Below, one piece after another: positions 10,867 to 21,300 of a stretch of DNA of 64,000 nt. The translations under genes and the position numbers were made by a program. This DNA is from Candidatus Dormiibacterota bacterium (lineage in GTDB: Bacteria; Chloroflexota; Dormibacteria; Aeolococcales; Aeolococcaceae). Location of the stretch: the NCBI GenBank assembly GCA_963709585.1, contig CAVPXI010000006.1, positions 128,001 to 192,000 of the forward strand, in the 5' to 3' direction. A model generated the notes under the pieces. It ran no database searches. It was given only the letters and a program-made list of their open reading frames with translations, and was not told the origin of the DNA. Numbering within the stretch: position 1 is the stretch's first letter; the number at the start of each line of letters is the position of its first letter.

Positions 10867-11021
10867 GGCGGCGGCTTCGCAGCCTTGCGCCGTTTCTCCG
10901 CAACCGCCGGGAGGACGCGCTTGATGCCGGCGTTGTCGACCACCATGCGTCGCTCCCGCTTGCGATCGCGCTGGCGGATGCGCTCCCGCTCGGCGTCGGG
11001 CACCTGCGGCTCGGAGTCCAT
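10848..11021 (-). CDS. Small basic hypothetical protein (57 aa), below the ORF-track cutoff
   Basis: Translated by hand: MDSEPQVPDAERERIRQRDRKRERRMVVDNAGIKRVLPAVAEKRRKAAKPPPQDAVS*. High GC3; starts 8 bp after the preceding gene. Confidence 0.55.
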   Translation of the reverse strand: MDSEPQVPDAERERIRQRDRKRERRMVVDNAGIKRVLPAVAEKRRKAAKPPPQDAVS

Positions 11022-11029
11022 GGCGAGGA

Positions 11030-11365
11030 TCAGCCGCTCAGCGTGGCGGGCTGGTGGCGCCGGCCCTTTGCGATCGCCACGCTGACCGCGGTCGCCGCGG
11101 CAAGCGTCACCACCACACCTCCGGCGACTGCCTGGACCCTGCGATCGAGTCCGATCGCCCGGATGCGGACGCCGAAACCGGAAGCGTCGACGATCGCCAG
11201 CGCCGCCGAATAGACGTCGGCTCGCTTACCCGGATCGAGCGTCCACCCCGCCAGTGCCCCCCCGACCTCGTCGCCGGTGTCGACCAGCCCGGGAACCTCG
11301 GGAGCTGCGGCGAATGCAGCCATGTTGCCCGCGAGCGCGGCATCGAGGCGATCCTCGATGTTCAT
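11030..11365 (-). CDS. Putative small anti-sigma-like membrane protein
   Basis: MNIEDRLD... 111 aa with a C-terminal TM; ATGA overlap with the ECF sigma stop. Confidence 0.65.
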   Translation of the reverse strand: MNIEDRLDAALAGNMAAFAAAPEVPGLVDTGDEVGGALAGWTLDPGKRADVYSAALAIVDASGFGVRIRAIGLDRRVQAVAGGVVVTLAAATAVSVAIAKGRRHQPATLSG

Positions 11366-11943
11366 GAGCCCGACCTCGAGAGCCGTTCTGCAGGCAACGG
11401 AGCGCCGAGGCTGCGCCGCAGCGCGGTCAACGCTCGGAAGGTGAGCAGCTTGACCGCGCCGTCGCTCCTCCCCATGATCTCGGCGATCTCCCGGTTTCGA
11501 AGGTCGCCGCCGAAGCGCAGCAGGATCGCCTGACGCTGGTCGTGGGGCAGGACCGCGACCGCGGCGCGCACCTCGTGGGCGCGGTCGTTTTCCTCGGCGT
11601 GCAGAGCGGGGTCGGCGCCGGCGTCGGGAAGCATCCGCGGTTCGAGCTCGATCCAGCCCGGCCGGCGGCGCTCCCTGGCGACCAGGTTGCCTGCAACGCG
11701 GTAGAGCCATGCCGAGTACGGAACCCCGCGCCACTGAAAGCGCGGAAGCTCCTCGATCGCCTTGGCGAAGGTTGCGGCGGTCACGTCGTCGGCCTGCTCC
11801 ATGTTGTGGGTGAGTGTGTAGACGTAGGCATGGATCTGGTCGACGTAGCGCTCGTAGAGCGGCGCGAACGCCGCCCGGTCGCGCTGCGCGGCCAGGACCT
11901 CCAGCCGCTCCTCCTCGAGCTCCGCAGCGGTGCGATGGGCCAT
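11362..11943 (-). CDS. ECF RNA polymerase sigma factor
   Basis: AFAPLYERY, SAWLYRVAGN, EIAEIMGRSDGAVKLL. Confidence 0.92.
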   Translation of the reverse strand: MAHRTAAELEEERLEVLAAQRDRAAFAPLYERYVDQIHAYVYTLTHNMEQADDVTAATFAKAIEELPRFQWRGVPYSAWLYRVAGNLVARERRRPGWIELEPRMLPDAGADPALHAEENDRAHEVRAAVAVLPHDQRQAILLRFGGDLRNREIAEIMGRSDGAVKLLTFRALTALRRSLGAPLPAERLSRSGS

Positions 11944-12003
11944 CTCTACCGCTGCCTTCCCTGCGAAGGACGCATTTCGCAGAAGCGTGTTGCTGCCATC
12001 GGG

Positions 12004-13236
12004 TTACGCCTGACGGCGCCCTCCGATCAGTCCGAGGCGCGTGCCAACCTCCTCGAAGGCGAGCAGCGCCCGGTCGAGCTGTTCGTGGGTGTGGGTCGCG
12101 CAGACGATCGTCCGCACCCGCGCCCTGCCTCGAGCGACGGTGGGAAACCCGATGCCCTGGGCGAAAACGCCGCGCTCGAGCAGCATGTCGGAGAGCTCCA
12201 TTGCCACCGGGGCTTCGCCGCACATCACCGGCGTGATCGGGGTCTCACTCTGGCCGATATCGAAGCCGAGCTCGCGGAGCCCGCTCTTGAAGTGGCGGGT
12301 ATTGCTCCAGAGCTGCTCCATGAGCTGGGGTTCCTGCTCGAGCACGTCGACGGCCGCGATGCACGCAGCGACCACGGCGGGTGGATGCGAGGACGAGAAC
12401 AGGAACGGCCGCGACTTGTGGATGAGATGGTCGCGAACAATCTGTGTCGAGGCGACATAGCCACCGACCACACCGACCGCCTTGCTCAGGGTGCCGATGT
12501 TCAGCGCAACCCTGCCGTGCAGGCCGAAGTGGTCGGTGGTGCCCCGCCCGTTGGTGCCGAGCACGCCGGTCGCGTGCGCATCGTCGACCATCACCGCGGC
12601 CCCGTACTGCTCGGCGCGCTCGACAAGGTCGGGCAGCGGAGCTATGTCCCCATCCATGCTGAAGACACCGTCGCTCACCAGTAGGATGCGCCGGTACCCC
12701 TTGTTTCGAGCCTCGCTGAGCGCGCGCTCGGCATCGTCCGGGTCGGCGTGCTCGTAGAGAATCCGATCCGCTTTGGTCAAGCGGATGCCGTCGATGATGC
12801 TCGCATGGTTCAGCTTGTCGCTGACCACGCAGTCACCCTGCTCGAGCATCGAACCGATGACACCGACGTTCACTGCATAGCCGCTCTGGAAGGTGAGCGA
12901 CGCTTCGGTGCGCTTGAACGCCGCGAGCCGGCGTTCCAACTCCTGGTGGAGCGTCTGCGTGCCCGCGATGGTGCGCACCGCCCCGGTGCCCGCGCCCCAT
13001 TCGAGCGCCGCGCGCGACGCCGCCTCGACCAGTCGCGGATGCGTGTTCAAGCCGAGATAGTTGTTGCTGGAAAGGCTGATCACCGCCTTGCCGGCGATAT
13101 CCACCTCCGGCCCCTGCGCCGATTCGAGGACACGCAGGGGACGGAACAGTCCGTCGCGCCGCAGCGCGTCAAGATCCTCGTTCAGGGATGCGTCGAGTGC
13201 CTGGACGGCTTTCGATGTGCCCGCGCTCGTCACCAT
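12004..13236 (-). CDS. kbl: Glycine C-acetyltransferase (2-amino-3-ketobutyrate CoA ligase; BioF/Kbl family)
   Basis: SSNNYLGL, NHASIIDG, DGVFSMDGD, DDAH, GTLSKA; adjacent to tdh. Confidence 0.9.
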   Translation of the reverse strand: MVTSAGTSKAVQALDASLNEDLDALRRDGLFRPLRVLESAQGPEVDIAGKAVISLSSNNYLGLNTHPRLVEAASRAALEWGAGTGAVRTIAGTQTLHQELERRLAAFKRTEASLTFQSGYAVNVGVIGSMLEQGDCVVSDKLNHASIIDGIRLTKADRILYEHADPDDAERALSEARNKGYRRILLVSDGVFSMDGDIAPLPDLVERAEQYGAAVMVDDAHATGVLGTNGRGTTDHFGLHGRVALNIGTLSKAVGVVGGYVASTQIVRDHLIHKSRPFLFSSSHPPAVVAACIAAVDVLEQEPQLMEQLWSNTRHFKSGLRELGFDIGQSETPITPVMCGEAPVAMELSDMLLERGVFAQGIGFPTVARGRARVRTIVCATHTHEQLDRALLAFEEVGTRLGLIGGRRQA

Positions 13237-13261
13237 GCGTTCAACGATACCCCGAGTGTCG

Positions 13262-14289
13262 CTACTCGGGCGTGAGGGTCACCTTCCCGCATTGCCCTGA
13301 CTTCATCAGCTCGATCGCGCCATCGATGTCGCGCAGCGCGAAGTGGTGGGTGATCAGCGTGCGCACGTCGATCACGCCGTCTTCGACGTATGCGGTCACC
13401 TGCTTCCAGGTCGCGGGGATGCGCCGCCGGCGATGCCGTACAGGCTCAGACCCTTCATAACCACATCGCTGGAGAGGTCGACGACGTCCAGTCCGTCGCC
13501 GATGCCGAGCAGGCTGATCCAGCCCCCGGGTCGCACGAGACGGGTCGCCGACGCGACCGCAACCGGTGACCCGCTCATCTCCAGCACGCAGTCGATGCCG
13601 GCGCCGGCGGCGCGACGCACGGCGTCATCAGAGGCGTCATCGGTCGCCCGGACGACCGCGTCGGCGCCCATACGCTCGGCGAGGTCGAGTCGATACGCAT
13701 TGCGGTCGACGCCGACGATGCGCGCCGCGCCCTGGACCCGCGCCACGGCGATCGCCGCGCAGCCGATCGGCCCGCAGCCGAACACCACGACCGTGCGTCC
13801 GAGGAGCTCGCCGTACGAGCAGGCGTGCACCGCGTTGCCGAACGGCTCCATGGCGGCGGCGACGTCGGCGGCGACCGCGTCGCTGACCGGCCACACGTTT
13901 TCCTCAGGCACCACGAGATGGGTTGCGAACGCCCCGTCGACGTCGACGCCGATGATACGGGTGTTCTCGCACACGTGGAAGTCGCCGCGACGGCACTCGT
14001 CGCAGTGACCGCACACGATGTGGGACTCGACCGCCACGCGAGTCCCGAGCGGCGGGCCGTGAACGCCGTCACCCCTGGCAACGACCTCGCCGCAGACCTC
14101 GTGACCGACCACGCGCGGCGGATGCACGCGTGCCGCGGCCCAGGGGTTCCAGTCGTAGAGGTGCACGTCGGTACCGCACACCGATGCCGCGACGACGCGG
14201 AGCAGCACCTCGCCGGCCGTTGGTGACGGCATCGGGACGTCGCCAACCACGAACCCGGGCGCAGGCGTCGGTTTGAGAATTGCGAGCAC
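13262..14289 (-). CDS. tdh: L-threonine 3-dehydrogenase (frameshift near 13425)
   Basis: VCGTDVH, GHE, VAVESHIVCGHC, EPFGNAVH, LEMSG. The C-terminus ...LITHHF...MKSGQCGKVTLTPE* is in a shifted frame. Confidence 0.9.
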
Positions 14290-14421
14290 GGCGCCGTGAT
14301 TATGCGTTCGAGCCCCGGAGCGCCGGGTCACCGTCTGCGCGGCGTCCGCCGAGCCCGGAGAGACTGCGGCGCATCGCGGCGATGCCTCGCCGCACAGACA
14401 GAGGCGCGGGAGGACACACGC

Positions 14422-14904
14422 ATGCTCGATGGCATTGACCGGCCGGCTCCAGGGCTACGACGCCCTCGCCGGATCCCGGTCGAGGACCTCAGCGTCTACG
14501 AAGGTCGGGGCGGGCACACCCTGCGCCGCCACGTCGACACCCGGCCCGGCGACGAGATGCGCCGCATCCTTCGCGAGGGCGTCGCGGCCGCCGGGCGATT
14601 CGTGAGTCGCGCCACCGCGCAGCGGTGCGTCGATATCGCGGTGACACGGCGCAGCTCGGACATCGCCGCCTGGCTCGGCGGCAGAGACCGCGGCGCCCCC
14701 TACAGCTTCGTCGAGGACATGGGCGAGGTGGTCGGTCACGTGCTGACCTACGCGGAGGTGAGCCGGGGCGTGGTCGTCCCCACCCAGGTGACCGCGGTCC
14801 GGCTGGTCCTGCGCCGCAACGACGAACTGCCCGGCGGGTTCACGCTGGTGACCGCCTACCCGACACGTTCCCCGTATCGGGACAAGAGACACAAGGAGCG
14901 CTGA
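14422..14904 (+). CDS. RNase A-like toxin domain protein (bacterial CdiA-CT RNase A family), stand-alone
   Basis: EGRGGHTLRRHV and terminal LVTAYP motifs; GGAGG RBS. Confidence 0.8.
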   Translation: MLDGIDRPAPGLRRPRRIPVEDLSVYEGRGGHTLRRHVDTRPGDEMRRILREGVAAAGRFVSRATAQRCVDIAVTRRSSDIAAWLGGRDRGAPYSFVEDMGEVVGHVLTYAEVSRGVVVPTQVTAVRLVLRRNDELPGGFTLVTAYPTRSPYRDKRHKER

Positions 14905-14906
14905 CA

Positions 14907-15248
14907 ATGAACGGCATCATCGATATCGACATCGCGATCGACAAAGCCGCGACCAACTATCCCGCACTCGCGCAGCTGCTCGCCGGCTACTACCACCAGG
15001 ATTGGCGCGAGGATCACGCCACTCCGGATGCCGCGTTGCATGCGTTTGCGGACGACGCGTCGCCGGACACGGTTGCTGCCGCGGCCGGTGATATCGATCG
15101 CCTGCTCAACGCGGGTTTCGACGACGCCGGCCTGGCACGCGTCCTCGCCGACGGATTCGACTGCAATTTCGTCCCGGTCGCGAACGGTCTCACGCCCGCC
15201 GGATGGCTGATCCACGTTCGCGACACGCTCCGCCCTTCGGGATCCTGA
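14907..15248 (+). CDS. CdiI-type immunity protein
   Basis: YPALAQLLAGYYHQDW...DIDRLL...GWL; AAGGAG RBS; directly after the toxin. Confidence 0.82.
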   Translation: MNGIIDIDIAIDKAATNYPALAQLLAGYYHQDWREDHATPDAALHAFADDASPDTVAAAAGDIDRLLNAGFDDAGLARVLADGFDCNFVPVANGLTPAGWLIHVRDTLRPSGS

Positions 15249-15257
15249 GCCTGCCGG

Positions 15258-16109
15258 TCACCGTGCCCGCGGCGACGCCGCGACCCGCTGGAAGAGGGCC
15301 GCGAAATGCACCAACGCCGTGGGCACGAGTGTCGGGATCCCGATGACCAGCGCGACGATGTCAACGGGCCCGCCGAAGAGTCGCACCCAGTAGAGAATGA
15401 AGAGCACGATCCCGGTGAGTCCCGTGTTGCGCCTGCCCCACACCGTGTGCACCAACTCCGGACGCCTGCCAGTCAGGAGCACCAACGGGGTCAACATCGC
15501 CGGTCCCGCGTAGCGCACGACGATCAGCACCGCCAACCAGAGGGGGACGATACCGAGCGCCAGGGACCCGATCGCTCCGACCACAAAGTACAAGGCGTCA
15601 CCGAACGGGTCCATCGCTTTCCCGAGAACGGTGACCGGACCGTATCGGCGGGCGATGAAGCCGTCGACCGCGTCCAGAAGGCCGACCGAACCGCCGATCC
15701 CGCCCCAGAGCGCGAGACCGAGGCGCCCCGGCAGCGATAGGGTTCCGATCAAGAGAACGGGGACACACGCATACCCGCGCAGTGCGGTCAGACCGTTGGG
15801 GATGCCGTAGCGATCCACCGGGTTCCCGTCCGGTGTTCGAAGCAGCGCGGCGCCGCCGACGACGCCGATCGTGACCGCGAGCCACCACACGGCGGTGGCG
15901 ACGACCGCGAGCGCGAGCGTGCCGTGGCCGTGCACCAGCGCGACATCGCTGCTCAGGGCTTCGGTGAGCACGAGCCCGAGCAGTGTCCAGAAGAGCAACG
16001 ATCGACGCAGGCGCGCGCTGCCGCGAAGGCGGGCGAGCGCCGTCCCGTAAAGGCCGGCTAGTCCACCCAGCCCCGGGCTCCGGTCGGCTGCCGCGACGTC
16101 GGGATCAGA
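15258..16109 (-). CDS. CDP-alcohol phosphatidyltransferase family protein (start uncertain)
   Basis: IPNGLTALR and DAVDGFIARRYGPVTVLGKAMDPFGD signature. Confidence 0.85.
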   Translation of the reverse strand, partial: SDPDVAAADRSPGLGGLAGLYGTALARLRGSARLRRSLLFWTLLGLVLTEALSSDVALVHGHGTLALAVVATAVWWLAVTIGVVGGAALLRTPDGNPVDRYGIPNGLTALRGYACVPVLLIGTLSLPGRLGLALWGGIGGSVGLLDAVDGFIARRYGPVTVLGKAMDPFGDALYFVVGAIGSLALGIVPLWLAVLIVVRYAGPAMLTPLVLLTGRRPELVHTVWGRRNTGLTGIVLFILYWVRLFGGPVDIVALVIGIPTLVPTALVHFAALFQRVAASPRAR

Positions 16110-16332
16110 CCGCGAGGCACGTGATCGTCTTGACCACGCCGTCCGCGGACTGGATCCGATCGAGGATGAGACGTCCGATACCGGGGACGTCCGCTGCCTC
16201 GACCTGGGCGATGACGTCGTATTCGCCGGTGATCGCGTCCACCAGGACGACACCGTCGCTGCCTCGCAGGGCGTCGGCCACGTGTTGTGCCTTGCCGGCG
16301 GTGGCGGTCACCAGCACATATGCACGAATCAT
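16105..16332 (-). CDS. Lrp/AsnC ligand-binding (stand-alone RAM) domain protein
   Basis: MIRAYVLVT...ITGEYDVIAQVE...DGVVKTITC, 75 aa. Confidence 0.88.
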   Translation of the reverse strand: MIRAYVLVTATAGKAQHVADALRGSDGVVLVDAITGEYDVIAQVEAADVPGIGRLILDRIQSADGVVKTITCLAV

Positions 16333-16380
16333 CTCGCTGCTCCCCACGGTTGAAACGCTCGGCGACTGTAGCATGGGTAC

Positions 16381-16791
16381 ATGCCGTGGGCCATCGTCAT
16401 CCGGCTCCTCGCCCGGCTCGCGGCGAGCCTGTTTTTCTGGCGGATAGCCACCAGCCGGAGAAGGGCCTTTGCGGGCGGTCAGGCAGTCCCCGGCGCCACG
16501 CCGAAAGCGCGCATCGACGCGCAGGCCGCGGTCATGGCGCTCCGGGCCTCGATCCTGTTGACGTGGCGAGCGCTGCTGGCTGCGACGTTCCTGGCGGCAA
16601 CCGTCGTTCTGGTCGTCGCCGGTGTGACTATCGTTGTCCTGACCCCACGCTGGCTCGGCGCGCTCCTGCTCGCCGGGGCGGTGGCGGCGGGCGCCGCAGC
16701 GTGGTTCGAAGGGCGCGTGGTCATCGTCGCGATGCGCATGCGCAGGCGCAGGCGCCGCGACGAGCGTCTCCGCAAAACAGCGACCTCCTAG
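16381..16791 (+). CDS. Hypothetical membrane protein
   Basis: 136 aa with 2-3 TM helices and an Arg-rich tail. Confidence 0.65.
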   Translation: MPWAIVIRLLARLAASLFFWRIATSRRRAFAGGQAVPGATPKARIDAQAAVMALRASILLTWRALLAATFLAATVVLVVAGVTIVVLTPRWLGALLLAGAVAAGAAAWFEGRVVIVAMRMRRRRRRDERLRKTATS

Positions 16792-16806
16792 GACCGCCGT
16801 GCGTGG

Positions 16807-16931
16807 CGGAGCGGGAGGGGTCACCCGCGCCACTGCTCAGCTTGTCAGCGCCCTCCTTCGCGCAAGCATATTGTCGCGCTCTCTCGGGCGCTGCCAAATT
16901 CGCTGTTTCGCGGGTGACCCCTCCCGCTCCG
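16807..16931. repeat. Intergenic element with a perfect 23-bp inverted repeat (MITE/REP-like or bidirectional terminator)
   Basis: CGGAGCGGGAGGGGTCACCCGCG (16807-16829) and its exact reverse complement (16909-16931); inner stem CAGCGCCC/GGGCGCTG; between convergent genes. Confidence 0.8.
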
Positions 16932-16940
16932 AGGCCTTGC

Positions 16941-18308
16941 TCAGCTCAGGTACGGAGCTACGCCTTCGCCCTGCTCGGCGGCGTCCATCATCAACTCGCT
17001 CACCGTGGGGTGCGCGTGAATGATCGAGCCGAGATCGTCCATCGACAAACCGTCACTGATCGCGACACCCACCTCGTGGATGATCTCCACCGCGTGGACT
17101 CCCATGATTGTGGCGCCCACCAGCCGGTCGGTGGCTGTGTCCGCGTAGAGCTGGGCGAGCCCGTCAGGCTCGCCTTCGCCGAGCGCTTTGCCGTTGCCGA
17201 GGTAGCGGGCTTGGCCGAGCTTGAGCTCGATACCGGCGGCGTTCGCTGCCTCTGGGTTCAGGCCAACCATGGCAATTTCTGGATGCGTGTAGATGCAGGA
17301 CGGCACCACGGTTCGGTCCATGGGCATCACGAAGTGACCGAGGGCATTCTCGACGGCGCGGCCGCCTTCTGCGCTGCCGAGGTGCGCCAGTTGCAGGCCA
17401 CCGATACAGTCCCCGGCTCCCCAGATCTTCGGGTTCGCGGTGCGCAAGAATGCGTCCACCTCGATGTGGTCGCGATCGTTGATGCCGACTCCCGCATCCT
17501 CGAGGCCGATCCCGCGGGTTTGCGAGCGACGGCCGACCGAGACGAGCAGCAGATCGGCGTCGATCGCGGTGCCGTCGTCGAGGTGGGCTTTGACGGCGTC
17601 CGTGGCGTAGTCGACTGATTCGACGCGACGCCCGGGAAGGAATGTGATCCCCTGCTTTTCGACGATGCGGCGCCACTGCTGGACGATGCGCGCGTCGACA
17701 CCGGCAAGGACCTGGGGGAGCACCTCGACCACCGTGATCCGCGATCCGAGCGCAGCGAACAGGCTCGCGAATTCGCAGCCGACGACTCCCCCGCCGATCA
17801 CGAGCATGTGGTCGGGGATACGCTCCAGCCGGAGAATCCCGTTGGACGTGACCACGCGGGGATGCTCCATGTCGATGCCGGGCAGCCCCGATGGCTCGGT
17901 GCCGACGCAGACGATGAGGTGATCGAACTCGTGGCGCTCCTCGCCGGTGACCACCGCGTCGCCATCGACCACGCCCTGGGCGCGAACCACTTTCACGCCA
18001 CGCCGCTTGCAGGCAGCCTCGACGCCCTTGCGCATGGTGAGCACGACCTCTTCCTTGCGTTCCATCATCCGCGGGAAATCCACCTCGGGTTCGGGGACGC
18101 GAATGCCGAACGAGGCGGCGTCGCGGATCTTGCGCAGCAAGTCGGCTCCCGCGAGCAACGACTTGGTGGGAATGCACCCCCAGTTCAGGCAGGTTCCGCC
18201 CAACTCGGCGCGTTCGATGAGAGTCACCTCCGCACCCAGTTGCGCGGCGCGAAGCGCGGCGACATCGCCGGCGGGTCCACCGCCGAGCACCACGACGCGC
18301 TGGGTCAT
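16941..18308 (-). CDS. lpdA: Dihydrolipoyl dehydrogenase (E3)
   Basis: GGGPAG, GGTCLNWGCIPTK, GGGVVG, HAHPTVSE. Confidence 0.96.
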   Translation of the reverse strand: MTQRVVVLGGGPAGDVAALRAAQLGAEVTLIERAELGGTCLNWGCIPTKSLLAGADLLRKIRDAASFGIRVPEPEVDFPRMMERKEEVVLTMRKGVEAACKRRGVKVVRAQGVVDGDAVVTGEERHEFDHLIVCVGTEPSGLPGIDMEHPRVVTSNGILRLERIPDHMLVIGGGVVGCEFASLFAALGSRITVVEVLPQVLAGVDARIVQQWRRIVEKQGITFLPGRRVESVDYATDAVKAHLDDGTAIDADLLLVSVGRRSQTRGIGLEDAGVGINDRDHIEVDAFLRTANPKIWGAGDCIGGLQLAHLGSAEGGRAVENALGHFVMPMDRTVVPSCIYTHPEIAMVGLNPEAANAAGIELKLGQARYLGNGKALGEGEPDGLAQLYADTATDRLVGATIMGVHAVEIIHEVGVAISDGLSMDDLGSIIHAHPTVSELMMDAAEQGEGVAPYLS

Positions 18309-21300
18309 GCCGTGGTCTGGGTGGCCGCAGGCGCGGCGGCAAGTGACCCGGTGCCGGCGCGCCGTGACGTGGCGAACGCGTCGGTGACGATGCGTTCCTG
18401 CTCGAGTTGATGAGAGCCCGCGTATCCCTCGGAGGGACTGGCGCGGCGCGACCTGCCGATGTAGTCCCACTGGATGTGCGAGGGTCGTGCAAGACCGAGC
18501 GCGCGCTCGAGGCTCCCCCACGCCCCCATGTTCTGCGGCTCCTCCTGAACCCAGTACAGACGCTCGAGCTTCGGATACGAGGCCACCAGCTCGAGGATTG
18601 CGTCGACCGGTAGCGGGTAGAGTTGCTCAACGCGTGCGATGGCCACGTCGGTGGCGTCCGCGCGTCGCGGCGACAGGATCAGCTCGTAGTAGATCCGGCC
18701 CGAGCAGAGCAGCAGCGAGCGCACCTCCTCGCGACGTTCGTCCCCGGTGGGATCGTCAATCACCGCCAGGAACCTGCCGGTGCTCAGGTCGGAGAGCTTG
18801 GAGGTCGATTCCTTCAGACGCAGCAGGCTCTTCGGCGTGAAGATGACCAGCGGCCGGGGGTCGTTGAGCAGTCCCTGGCTGCGCAACAGGTGGAAATACT
18901 GCGCGGGCGTCGTGCAGTTCGCCAAACGCATGTTGTCGTTCGCGCAGAGTTGCAGGAAGCGCTCGATGCGCGCGCTCGAGTGCTCCGGACCGCTGCCCTC
19001 ATAGCCGTGGGGCAGGAGCATCGTCAACCGTGAGTGCTGACCCCACTTGGCGCGGGCCGATGAGACGAACTGGTCGACGATCATTTCCGCGTTGTTGAAG
19101 AAGTCGCCGTACTGCGCCTCCCAGATGACCAGCGTCTCCGGGTCGGCGGCGCTGTACCCGTACTCGAACCCCAGGCACCCCACCTCGCTGAGCGGGCTGT
19201 TCAGCACCTCGAAGGTCGCCTGCGCATCGGTGAGGTGCTGCATGGGGATGAATACCTCGCCGTTGATCTCGTCGTGAAACGCAAGGTGGCGATGGCTGAA
19301 GGTGCCGCGAACCGTGTCCTGGCCGGTGAGGCGGATCGGATGACCCTGGGTGATGAGCGACGCGAACGCGAGCGCCTCGGCGGTCCCCCAGTCGATCGCG
19401 CCCTCGAGGATCGCCGACTTGCGCCGCTCCATCTGGCGGATCAGCTTGGCGTTGGGTGTGAAGTGCTTGGGGAAGGTGAGCAGCTGTTCGTTGAGCGCGG
19501 CGAGCTGACGGCCCGACACAGCCGTGCGCATCATCGGGTCGTCGGGCTCTTCGATCACCTGCTCGTGGGTGAGGTCGTCGAGCTCGGCGGCGAGGTGTTC
19601 CTTCACCCGCTTGTGCGCGTCCGCGATCCGTCCATAGATCGCTTTGGCCTGCGCTTCGGCGTCTTCGGGTCGGATCAGACCGTCGGCCACCAGTTGCGCG
19701 GCGAACAGCTCGCGGACGGTGGGGTGCTGACGGATCTTCAGGTACATGAGCGGCTGCGTGTACGCGGGTTCGTCGGCCTCGTTGTGGCCGAACCGCCGGT
19801 AGCCGATCAGGTGCACCATGACGTCGCGGCGATACGCCCGCCGGTAGTCGTAGGCGAAGGTGATCGCCGCCAGGCACGCTTCGACATCGTCGGCGTTGAC
19901 GTGCACGATCGGGATGTCGAAGCCCTTGGCCAGGTCGGACGCGTAGCGCGTCGACCGCCCCTCGAGCGGGTTGGTGGTGAAGCCCACCTGGTTGTCGGCG
20001 ATGAAATGCACGGTGCCACCGGTTGTGTATCCCGGGAGCGATTGCAGGTTGAGCACCTCCTGCACGATTCCCTGCCCGGCAAAGGCGGCGTCGCCGTGAA
20101 TCAGCACCGGGAGCGCCGCCATCGGATCGAGATGCAATGTCGTCGCGCGACGCTGAGTTTGCGCCGCCCGGCACCAACCTTCAACGACCGGGTCGATGGC
20201 TTCGAGGTGGCTCGGATTCGGCAGCAGGCGCACCAGGATCACCTTGCCGGTTTCGGTGTGGTATGTCCCGGTCGCGCCGACGTGGTACTTCACGTCGCCG
20301 GTCGAGTCGAAACGTGCGATGGCCCGCCGCGCCGAGGCGAGCTCGAATGCGTTGAGGATCGACTCGTACGAGTGATTGGCGACATGCGCGACCACCGCGA
20401 GGCGGCCGCGATGGGGCATGCCCATGACCACCTCGCCGATACCGTCATCCGCGACCCGGGTCATGAGGGTTTCGAGCATCGGCACGAGCGCGTCGAGTTC
20501 CTTCGAGTGAGAACGTTTTCTGCCCGAGGAACGCCGCGCGCTGGTATCGCTCCATGGTTTCGACCTTGGTGAGGCGCTCGAGGAGGCGGAGGCGGTCCTC
20601 GACCGTGAGCGCCGGCCGGTATTTGCCGGACTCGATGTGCTCACGCAGCCACACGCGCTGTTCATGGCTCGAGATGTGCTCGATCTCGAAGGCGATGGTG
20701 CTGCAGTACGTGCGCCGGAGATTCGGGAGCACCTCGGCCAGGTTGCGACCCGGGACATAGACGCGGAGCAGGTCGGCGGGGATCTGCTCCATCAACTCCT
20801 CGGTCAGGCCGTACGTCGACGGGTCCATCGCAGGATCGCCGATCGGCGGCGAGCCGAGCGGGTCGAGGTGGGCGCCGAGATGACCGTGAGTCCGGTGCGC
20901 CTTGACCAGCGACGTCGCCGCCTGCATCGCCGCGAGCAGGACGCGATCGGGTGCTCCTGCGGCAATCGATGCAGGCGATGCGAGCGGTGGCGAGGGTGGC
21001 GCGGTGGTGCGGAGCGGCGCCACCTCGAGAGCCGGCATGATCAGGCCAAGACTGGCGAAAACACGATCGTAGAAATCGCCGGCGCCGTCGAGCAGGGATT
21101 CGATGCGACCCAGGAACTCGCCGGACTCCGCCCCCTGGATGACTCGGTGGTCATAGGTGCTGGTCACGGTCATCACCTTGCCGACGCCGAGCTCGCGAAT
21201 GCTGTTCTCGGGAACGCCGCGCCACTCCGCGGGATAGCCGATGGCACCGACGGCGACGATCGTCCCCTGACCGGGCATGAGCCGCGGCACCGAGGCCACG

